Origin: a virus
Virus record (IMG/VR): IMGVR_UViG_3300034109_000980
Coordinates: 1 to 35,350 of that record
DNA: 35,350 bases
Reading direction: 5' to 3' (one strand)
The position numbers and the translations under genes are program-made. Under the pieces are notes generated by a model, which worked only from the letters and a program-made list of their open reading frames with translations, was not told where the DNA came from and did no database searches. Shown one piece after another: positions 8,707 to 15,296 of the stretch (the stretch's first letter is position 1; the number at the start of each line of letters is the position of its first letter).

Positions 8707-9372
8707 ATGCCACTAATTTTAGGTTCGGCAACAATTCCGGTGGTTAGTCAAACCGCAGAAGTCGCGGCTCTGGATTTGGTAAGGGAGCGCGGTGCCTTAA
8801 TCCGAATGGATGCAGTCACCCAAACAGCATCCGCAACTACAGGGCGTGATCGTTCCCCTTTGATAACAACGGCTTTTAGTTTGTTAAAAATAACTATTAA
8901 CAAATATGAGAGACACCGCCACGGAATTGCTGAGATTAACCCAGAAACGGAAACCACCGTAGTCCCTTGGGTGTTTTCTCCATCTGTTCCGGCTCCAAAA
9001 GTTGAGTTATTTGTTGATGATTTAGTCCCTATTGAATCCTCAACAATCAAGAAAGGTGCTAGTTTCAATCTGACTTATATCTTGACAGGATATCGTCTAG
9101 GTTATCTCTTTGCAGAATTTGAGATTTTAACACTAGGAAATACACCCGTTATTAGTAAAAAAGTTGAACTAATGCCCGGTGGGATTTCTGAGGATGACAC
9201 CACAATTTTAGCCAATGGAGAGGAACAAATCATTGGGACTGTGTTCATTCTCCCTCACGAAACCCAAAATATTCCAGGGGATGAGTGCAAATATTCCTTT
9301 AGAGTTGGCAATCAATCAACCCGAAAATATCAACCTGTTTGTGGTTATTTGAGGTTTGATTGCGATGGTTGA
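8707..9372 (+). CDS. Putative virion protein with beta-rich C-terminal domain
   Basis: AGGAGG RBS; inside the structural operon; IKKGASFNL..Y.F.V pattern resembling BppU-like domains. Confidence 0.55.
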   Translation: MPLILGSATIPVVSQTAEVAALDLVRERGALIRMDAVTQTASATTGRDRSPLITTAFSLLKITINKYERHRHGIAEINPETETTVVPWVFSPSVPAPKVELFVDDLVPIESSTIKKGASFNLTYILTGYRLGYLFAEFEILTLGNTPVISKKVELMPGGISEDDTTILANGEEQIIGTVFILPHETQNIPGDECKYSFRVGNQSTRKYQPVCGYLRFDCDG

Positions 9373-9784
9373 ATCTTTGCTTGATATGAGTTTCAAGTTT
9401 GAAAGAACTGGTCAGGGTGTTAATGACAACGTTAATCCTGAGTTCCCTAGACAAGATACCGTGATTTTAAAGGGAACTATAACCGGGGGAAGTTTAACCG
9501 GATTAGTGGTTAAAGGAACTCTTAAACTTGTTCCTCAAAATGTTGTTATCGCATCAAAAACCATCACCGCAGGGGTGACAATTGTTGATGTTAATAACTT
9601 CGTGAAAAAGGTAACTGTAATTATTGCAGACCCCGAAGACTCGGAAGGTTTAGAACCTGGGCAACAATTTGTTTTTGATGTTCAGGCAACAACAACCGGA
9701 ACACCCCCAATCGTTCGGACGGTTAAAGGTAGATTCAAAATTACCGAAGACTACACATTAACCGTTCCAACTCCCACACCTTAA
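9365..9784 (+). CDS. Putative virion protein (BppU-like beta sandwich)
   Basis: GAGGT RBS; LTG..GTLK..FVFDVQ..VRTVKGRFKI pattern. Confidence 0.55.
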   Translation: MVESLLDMSFKFERTGQGVNDNVNPEFPRQDTVILKGTITGGSLTGLVVKGTLKLVPQNVVIASKTITAGVTIVDVNNFVKKVTVIIADPEDSEGLEPGQQFVFDVQATTTGTPPIVRTVKGRFKITEDYTLTVPTPTP

Positions 9785-9803
9785 TCAATAATAGGAGAAC
9801 AAA

Positions 9804-10556
9804 ATGTCAACAAATAAACCGTTTTACTTAGCAGGAACTCAAGGTGAAGGTACACGGATCTGGGTTGCACCCGTACCCTGTTCTTTGATTGCACCTCAAT
9901 CTGGCACTTTCACTGTAGCAACAGGGGGAGCGGAGGCGGGGGATACCTCAATCCCCATCACGGCTGCAACATTTCTAACCCGTCCCGAAGTAACTTCCCC
10001 TTTCCTGCTGTTTAAAGACTCAGTTACAGGTGAAGAAACCTTGGTAGAGGTTAATGGAAATATCACGGCGGGTGCTACATCGATCACGGTCAAAGCATTA
10101 CCCAAAAACATCACAGCCGCGTCAACTGCGGTATGGCCGACTAAATTGGGCGGGCGGTCAACGGTCAACAATAGTTCTGAAGATGACGAAACCGAACTGG
10201 AAAACTTTGATAACGACGGATGGAGAGACTATGCTAAAACTTCATTAGGTCAAACCATCACCACAACGGGGATGTTTATGAACCTTGATGCAGGTTATAT
10301 GAACGTCAAAAAAGCAAGGCTGCAATATCAAGTCGGCGCACCTGGAAAAGTATTTTTAAAAGTAGCTTACCCGACACCGACCTGCCCTGGTGACACCGCC
10401 TATACTTCTGGGTTTATTTATTCAGGAATTGCTAATATTACCTCTGATCCGATTGAGTCATCTTCCAAAGGAATCATTATGGGGAATATTGACTTTAAAT
10501 ATTGCGGTATCGTTACCGTAACCTTTAATGGATCTCCATTAGTTGTAACAGTTTAA
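9804..10556 (+). CDS. Major tail (tube) protein
   Basis: AGGAG RBS; ETELENFDNDGWRDYAKT..TITTTG..GIANITS pattern; directly upstream of the frameshifted chaperone. Confidence 0.78.
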   Translation: MSTNKPFYLAGTQGEGTRIWVAPVPCSLIAPQSGTFTVATGGAEAGDTSIPITAATFLTRPEVTSPFLLFKDSVTGEETLVEVNGNITAGATSITVKALPKNITAASTAVWPTKLGGRSTVNNSSEDDETELENFDNDGWRDYAKTSLGQTITTTGMFMNLDAGYMNVKKARLQYQVGAPGKVFLKVAYPTPTCPGDTAYTSGFIYSGIANITSDPIESSSKGIIMGNIDFKYCGIVTVTFNGSPLVVTV

Positions 10557-10582
10557 TAAAGGGAGTTTACAAAGGATTTATT

Positions 10583-11332
10583 ATGGGTTTACCGTTTTTT
10601 CTTCAGTCAAAACGTAGCAATGAAAGCTATGAAGAAATTCAGGGGGTGAAGTTTTTTGTCCATAAAGGTGAGAAGGGTAAAAACGCTTTACTCGCTAGTG
10701 AACAAGCTAGAATTGACGAGGTTTCCGATAAATTTTCCCCTGGTTTTACCTTGGTGGCAAAGTTAGCTCGGACTATTGCCGAAGCCGAAAAAATCAAGCT
10801 CACAAAAGCCTACGAAGTTATTACTTCATCATCAGAAGAAAATGACAATAGTGAGATTGACTATCAGGAGATTCGGCTAAAATACGCTTCTGATATTGGG
10901 GAGATGTCAGTACAATTAGATCGGGAATCATCTGCTAAGAAAATGGCAGTTTGTACCGTTGCAATTGCTAATCGGTGTTGGCAATCCCTAAAGGATGAAT
11001 TTGATTTGTTGTCAGATGACAGCCCTGAACGTTCCTCTCTATTAGGTGCGATTCAAGAGATTAAGAAATGGTCTGATTCTGATACCGAAAATCGGTTGAG
11101 TTGGGGCTACATTGAGGATGTTTGGGCTTTTATTGAACGGCAACGGAACGGCGGTAAAGACCCCGACGCTGTGACAACAGAAGCCAAGGAAATCACTGAG
11201 GAAGATATAAAAAAGGCTTCCGAAGAACCAGTAGAACTGATTGGGGAGAAATCTATTGGAGAATCCAAAGGCTCTGGCCGTCAGAAATCCGATTCAAGTC
11301 AGAAAACTTTGGCAACCAGCCAGTCTGGTTGA
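10583..11332 (+). CDS. Tail assembly chaperone (lambda gpG analogue)
   Basis: Follows the tail tube; contains the in-frame slippery heptamer A AAA AAG at 11209-11215. Confidence 0.8.
   Translation: MGLPFFLQSKRSNESYEEIQGVKFFVHKGEKGKNALLASEQARIDEVSDKFSPGFTLVAKLARTIAEAEKIKLTKAYEVITSSSEENDNSEIDYQEIRLKYASDIGEMSVQLDRESSAKKMAVCTVAIANRCWQSLKDEFDLLSDDSPERSSLLGAIQEIKKWSDSDTENRLSWGYIEDVWAFIERQRNGGKDPDAVTTEAKEITEEDIKKASEEPVELIGEKSIGESKGSGRQKSDSSQKTLATSQSG
11209..11215 (+). other. Programmed -1 ribosomal frameshift site A_AAA_AAG
   Basis: Codons ATA AAA AAG; the -1 frame is open from here (GFRRTSRTDWGEIYWRIQRLWP..QPVWLILNAL) through the 11329..11853 ORF. Confidence 0.82.
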
Positions 11333-11853
11333 TCCTTAACGCTTTAGAGTACGGGGAGAAATTCGAGAGGGAGCGATTACACTTTGAGGAAATTGCAATC
11401 GCTCAACTCTCATCCCTTCTCTATAGATTTAACGTCACGAAACCCCCCTACAAAAGCACTGAGGATTTCTGTTTCTTCAAATCCCAAGATAAGAAATTCT
11501 CAACGGCTTGCTGCAACACATTCCAGTCATTGTTAGACTCTCAAAAAATTCCATCATGGGCTATTCCTGAGATGCCCTCGATGGAATTATTAGAGGGAGT
11601 TACGGATGGCAAGGCTAAACCTCCTAGGGCATTTATCGCGATGGGAATACTATTGCTTTGTCCTGAGATTATTAATCTTGAGTGGGTACAATGCGACATC
11701 GCGGTATTTGATTCCCATATCAAGCCAGGGGTTCATGTTGTCTATGACTGCGACACCCGCCAAGCCTATCGAATTGAAATTCCTGAAGATGCCAAAAACT
11801 ATGAAGTTAACTTGGCTTGTGAACTAATCAGAGAAGGGGCTATTTATGGTTAG
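11215..11853 (+). CDS. gpT part of the gpGT frameshift fusion chaperone
   Basis: The -1 frame ORF has only a TTG start at 11329 with no obvious RBS; it is continuous with the slippery site. Confidence 0.75.
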   Translation, partial: GFRRTSRTDWGEIYWRIQRLWPSEIRFKSENFGNQPVWLILNALEYGEKFERERLHFEEIAIAQLSSLLYRFNVTKPPYKSTEDFCFFKSQDKKFSTACCNTFQSLLDSQKIPSWAIPEMPSMELLEGVTDGKAKPPRAFIAMGILLLCPEIINLEWVQCDIAVFDSHIKPGVHVVYDCDTRQAYRIEIPEDAKNYEVNLACELIREGAIYG

Positions 11854-12241
11854 AAAAAGTTACTTTTTGCCACATCTGGACAGGTATCTACTGAAGGCGA
11901 CTCTATATGTAAAGGTTGCCAGTGATAGCTTAACAACAGACAACTTAGGCAATATAGTTCCCTCTAGCCATAAACAGCCTTTTATCTGTTACCTCAAGGA
12001 GACAGGTTCTAAAGGGGATTTGAAACAACAAAGACCAGGGGGAATGGGATTATCTCAAAGCTATATGAAAGGCTACCTTGTGGAGCCAATGGTGTTTCCT
12101 GATAGCGTTGTTTTACCTTGCGAGTTTGACGCAGAAATTGACGGCAAAAAGGGGAAGTTTTCAGCTAATATCCATAATCAGCAACCCTGGGAAAAAGGAT
12201 ATACAGGGACTAAAATTGAGGGGTGGTGGATTGATAGTTGA
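11846..12241 (+). CDS. Putative head-tail adaptor / head closure protein
   Basis: DNLGN motif and beta-rich ~130 aa; structural operon context. Confidence 0.45.
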   Translation: MVRKSYFLPHLDRYLLKATLYVKVASDSLTTDNLGNIVPSSHKQPFICYLKETGSKGDLKQQRPGGMGLSQSYMKGYLVEPMVFPDSVVLPCEFDAEIDGKKGKFSANIHNQQPWEKGYTGTKIEGWWIDS

Positions 12242-12247
12242 GGTTTT

Positions 12248-12652
12248 ATGAGTATTAAAATCAACAAATCTGCATTAAATAAAGTTTTAAAAGCCGTTGA
12301 CGATGCTTTCGCTGAGGTTGTCGTGGCTCTTGATAATGAATTTCATGCTGTGATAGAAGATCCTAACGAATTTTCTGATCTAGGGTTAGATAATCAGGAT
12401 ATTATTGACACTGGGCGTTTTAATAATTCTCAGATTTTAAACGTTTCAAAACAGGGCGGTAAAACTGTTGCTAATTACGAATGGAACCCTCACAGTCCCG
12501 AAACTGGAGAACCCTATGCAGGACGGATTTTGACGGGCTTTAGAGCTTATCGGGTCGGGCGTTGGATACCAGGTCGGGACTGGACAGAACGGGCGGTCAG
12601 GAGGTTAGATCCGGTAGAGATGTTTGAAAATGAGTTAAGATATTTATTGTAA
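12248..12652 (+). CDS. Neck / tail completion protein (HK97 gp10-like)
   Basis: IIDTGRFNNS..YA..G..PGRDW..A motif; GAGG RBS. Confidence 0.65.
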   Translation: MSIKINKSALNKVLKAVDDAFAEVVVALDNEFHAVIEDPNEFSDLGLDNQDIIDTGRFNNSQILNVSKQGGKTVANYEWNPHSPETGEPYAGRILTGFRAYRVGRWIPGRDWTERAVRRLDPVEMFENELRYLL

Positions 12653-12670
12653 ATAACTAAAGAAATTCCA

Positions 12671-12850
12671 ATGGAACTAACAGACAAGCGACTAGAAGAG
12701 ATGGTTGACGCTATCTATGGAGAAATAAGGAAAAAAATACCTCAGATAACAAGTCTAAATATTGAGTCTTTAGTCAGAAATTTAATAGCTGCTACAATCT
12801 CATGGCTTGAGGTTCAGGGCTACTTAGATATAGAGAAAATCAATAAGTAG
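12671..12850 (+). CDS. 59-aa hypothetical protein (absent from the ORF track)
   Basis: ATG..TAG reading MELTDKRLEEMVDAIYGEIRKKIP..IEKINK fills the gap. Confidence 0.55.
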   Translation: MELTDKRLEEMVDAIYGEIRKKIPQITSLNIESLVRNLIAATISWLEVQGYLDIEKINK

Positions 12851-12857
12851 AGTCATC

Positions 12858-13055
12858 CTACTCAGATCCCTCTGTATTTACTGTCACAACCTCCCATAAA
12901 CATTTAGAGCATTTCCACGTTGGCTCCTGACTTTTCCAGTCTGTCAGTGCTTTTGGTTTTGCTAAACCAATAAATTCTAATTCTCCTTCTTTGCAGACAG
13001 GGCAAATACCCTCTGAAATAAAGGCTTGTTGCGTCTCGTTTGCAAAGTTGTCCAT
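12858..13055 (-). CDS. Small zinc-ribbon protein
   Basis: CPVC..WKCSKC. Confidence 0.6.
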   Translation of the reverse strand: MDNFANETQQAFISEGICPVCKEGELEFIGLAKPKALTDWKSQEPTWKCSKCLWEVVTVNTEGSE

Positions 13056-13091
13056 TTTGATGAATTATGGGAATTAAATAAACTTATTAAA

Positions 13092-13161
13092 TGATATAAT
13101 AAAAACCCCTCGCGGTGCGCTTAACACCCAGGGGAAGTAATCATCAAGAGGAAATGACCAC
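13092..13161 (+). promoter_or_regulatory. Extended -10 promoter (TGATATAAT) and structured 5' leader, copy B
   Basis: TGATATAAT 13092-13100; CCCCT-CGC-GGTG-CGCTTAA-CACC-C-AGGGG 13106-13134; GTAA; tcat/atga stem around the GAGG RBS. Confidence 0.7.
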
Positions 13162-13692
13162 ATGACTAATATTATCAGAGCAGAGCGTACATCCGTCAAG
13201 TTTTGTGAAGGTGTCGAAGTTGATGGGTATAGATTACCCGATGGAGAGTTTAGGGTTGGAAAAGTTGGGGCTGCGATCGCCGTTGGATACGCAAAGAACT
13301 ATTTAACCGAGGTAGAGAAAAAGTCACCGAAACAGCTAAAAGCCCTACAGGATACGGGTTTCACTGGGTTAGAGAGATATGTAGAGTTAGATTCCATCGG
13401 TGGCGGTGGCACATCTGCTAATACAGTTAGCATCTCTGACTTCAGAAAATTAATAATCTTTGCAGCAAGCAAGGGAAAACCTCAAGCGGTGGCACTTCTT
13501 AACGCCATTGTTGACGTTGGATTAGAGGATTGGTTCAGACTATCATTTGGTCAAATTCAACTTACCCTAGAGGAAAAACGCGACCGCTTTTACAAAGCCT
13601 ACGCTGCGACAATTGATTGGCTTGAGGAAGATAGGGAAGATTTAAGAATGATTGAGGAACAGGAATTATTCTTAACTGGGATTTGGAATTGA
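13162..13692 (+). CDS. Antirepressor-like protein (resembles the N-terminus of P63C-associated proteins)
   Basis: VDGYRLPDGEFRV..LKALQDTGFTG..AASKGKPQAVALL; own promoter and terminator. Confidence 0.6.
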   Translation: MTNIIRAERTSVKFCEGVEVDGYRLPDGEFRVGKVGAAIAVGYAKNYLTEVEKKSPKQLKALQDTGFTGLERYVELDSIGGGGTSANTVSISDFRKLIIFAASKGKPQAVALLNAIVDVGLEDWFRLSFGQIQLTLEEKRDRFYKAYAATIDWLEEDREDLRMIEEQELFLTGIWN

Positions 13693-13698
13693 ATACTT

Positions 13699-13729
13699 AA
13701 AAGGCACGGGTTTGAATCCGTGCCTTTTT
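13699..13729. terminator. Bidirectional terminator
   Basis: aaaaggcacgg-gtttgaat-ccgtgccttttt between convergent genes. Confidence 0.85.
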
Positions 13730-13734
13730 GGTAG

Positions 13735-13914
13735 TTAATGGTTTAATTCCTGCTCGATTCTGTCAAAAACCTCTTTGATTATTCTTAGGTTTTTAATAGC
13801 TTGATTTCCTGTGTAGATTTCTGTTTTCCCGTAAATTGTTCTCACTCTTAGGATTGGTAATTGTGAGTTTGAATTACTGATTTGATATTCTTTAATGTCT
13901 TCAACTTTGATCAT
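13735..13914 (-). CDS. 59-aa hypothetical protein (absent from the ORF track)
   Basis: AGGGA RBS; MIKVEDIKEYQIS..IEQELNH*. Confidence 0.6.
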   Translation of the reverse strand: MIKVEDIKEYQISNSNSQLPILRVRTIYGKTEIYTGNQAIKNLRIIKEVFDRIEQELNH

Positions 13915-13950
13915 TGTTTTAGTCCCTATTTAATATGGTGTATTTGTCGC

Positions 13951-13987
13951 AGTCACCGGATTTGATCCGGTGGCTTGTTTTTTGATT
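13951..13987. repeat. Cassette hairpin, copy 1
   Basis: agtcaccgga-tttga-tccggtggct followed by tgttttttgatt; homologous to 14753-14789. Confidence 0.75.
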
Positions 13988-14403
13988 TATGCTGTAATCC
14001 CTTGAACTCGGAGCCATTCAATTTTGTTTTCTGCCGCAAAATAATTATGGGCTAGATTTTTAATAACAGTTTTTAACCCTCTCCATGATTTTGCTTTTCC
14101 CTTTTTGAAGGGCTTGCCATTGCGACCGTGTACAACTGTGTACTGTCCATTAATCCGAACCGCCTCCCAGTCAAACCCTAATTCATTGATCAATTTGTTA
14201 CACTCTTTGCGGGTAGACTCTTTAACTTGATGTTTAACCTTTTTCGTAAACACGACCGTCCAGTTAATTCCATCAGTGAATAAATTAAAAGACTGTTTTA
14301 GCCCGTCAACCATGATTTCAATAAAGGTATCAATATTGTCGGCTGCAAATTCGGCGGCTAACTCGTAAGAGGGAAAAGTGATTGCGGTGAGTCTGTAGTT
14401 CAT
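13987..14403 (-). CDS. Hypothetical protein (138 aa, MNYRLTAITF..), cassette 1 cargo
   Basis: Start placed at 14403 because ATG and RBS are part of the repeat shared with 15183. Confidence 0.75.
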   Translation of the reverse strand: MNYRLTAITFPSYELAAEFAADNIDTFIEIMVDGLKQSFNLFTDGINWTVVFTKKVKHQVKESTRKECNKLINELGFDWEAVRINGQYTVVHGRNGKPFKKGKAKSWRGLKTVIKNLAHNYFAAENKIEWLRVQGITA

Positions 14404-14494
14404 TGTCTTTGTCCTTTGTGCTTGTGTTTTATCCTTACAATTAATATAGTACAGATATCCAGAATATGTCAAGCGTTTTCTGAAAATATTTTTT
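14401..14494 (-). promoter_or_regulatory. Repeated sigma70-like promoter / leader / RBS, copy 1
   Basis: TTGACA (14472-14467), TACTAT/TATATT -10 candidates, AAGGA RBS; near-identical to 15181-15277. Confidence 0.8.
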
Positions 14495-14723
14495 ATTTCT
14501 TCCGTTTCTCCCTCCTGTAGTGCATTTGGCACAATCCCCCTGCGTAGTGTGGTTTACCACAGAGGTCACAAGTCCGACCTTTTGATGTGCCACTGGGTCG
14601 CCCTGCTTTTCCCTGTTGTGCGGGATCTGTTAGCTGTTTGTGGCATTCAGGGCATTTGTAGGCTTGACGACCTCTCTTAAATCCGTCTAGCCACATCTTG
14701 GCGTTACATTCTGGACAATTCAT
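14493..14723 (-). CDS. Small double zinc-finger protein (InsA-like ribbon + CxxC..GLCxxHY)
   Basis: CPEC..G..GRQAYKCPEC; GRP; CDLCGKPHYAGGLCQMHY. Confidence 0.7.
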   Translation of the reverse strand: MNCPECNAKMWLDGFKRGRQAYKCPECHKQLTDPAQQGKAGRPSGTSKGRTCDLCGKPHYAGGLCQMHYRREKRKK

Positions 14724-14752
14724 ATTATGATGGGGTTGTGTTTTATCTTTAC

Positions 14753-14789
14753 AGCCACCGGGTTTTATTCGGTGGCTTGTTTATTGATT
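14753..14789. repeat. Cassette hairpin, copy 2
   Basis: agccaccgg-gttttat-tcggtggct followed by tgtttattgatt. Confidence 0.75.
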
Positions 14790-14790
14790 T

Positions 14791-15183
14791 CTAAGCAAGA
14801 AAGTCAGAGCACACTTCACCATTCAATCGACGGACTAACCATTTTGCTCCATTTACCTTATCTAACCCTTCGCGCCAGCAGAATTTTAGTTTGCCGTTAT
14901 CTTCAATCCCGTAGGCAATCATTTCAGGATTAACACCTTTTAATTGGCTAGATGCTTTTAAATAACCGCCCCTTGCTAACGCTTCAGATTCTAAGATTTC
15001 CTCACGGTTTATTCCCAATCCCATCAATTCCCATTTGACGTAGATTTTGACGTACTCACAAGAAAACCCGGCGTGGTGTAACATAGCAGCCTGCATCCCT
15101 ACTCGGATTGAGAAGTCTTCTAAGTGAGTGTCTAGTTTGTGGCTGGTATATAAAACTTTTTTAGTTGCGGTTGCGGTTGTCAT
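14791..15183 (-). CDS. Hypothetical protein (130 aa), cassette 2 cargo
   Basis: ATG and RBS within the repeated leader; stop immediately before the hairpin. Confidence 0.75.
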   Translation of the reverse strand: MTTATATKKVLYTSHKLDTHLEDFSIRVGMQAAMLHHAGFSCEYVKIYVKWELMGLGINREEILESEALARGGYLKASSQLKGVNPEMIAYGIEDNGKLKFCWREGLDKVNGAKWLVRRLNGEVCSDFLA

Positions 15184-15277
15184 TGTCTTTGTCCTTTGCT
15201 TCGTGTTTTATCCTTACAATTAATATAGTACACAATCCCCCCAACAGATGTCAAGTGTTTTCTGAAAATATTTTTTT
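15181..15277 (-). promoter_or_regulatory. Repeated sigma70-like promoter / leader / RBS, copy 2
   Basis: TTGACA (15254-15249), 18 bp, TACTAT. Confidence 0.8.
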
Positions 15278-15296
15278 GAGGTGTTGCGATCGCCTG

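Noticed and set aside
693-11827. Short antisense or alternate-frame ORFs (693, 1648, 2740, 6018, 6188, 6965, 7036, 8748, 9896, 10054, 11541, 11606)
   Set aside because: They overlap well-supported genes or regulatory regions and have no independent evidence.
13699-13729. tRNA fragment or att site (GGTTTGAATCC resembles a T-loop)
   Set aside because: It is the loop of a perfect terminator hairpin with A/T tails; no cloverleaf or acceptor stem.
14424-14439. NtcA box in the cassette leader
   Set aside because: It matches only TGT-N9-ACA, not the GTA-N8-TAC consensus.
14404-14532. N-terminal extension of ORF 13987..14532
   Set aside because: It runs through the repeated promoter and overlaps the zinc-finger gene; the repeat fixes the start at 14403.
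14493-14723. IS1 element
   Set aside because: Only an InsA-like zinc ribbon is present; no InsB/DDE ORF or terminal inverted repeats were seen.
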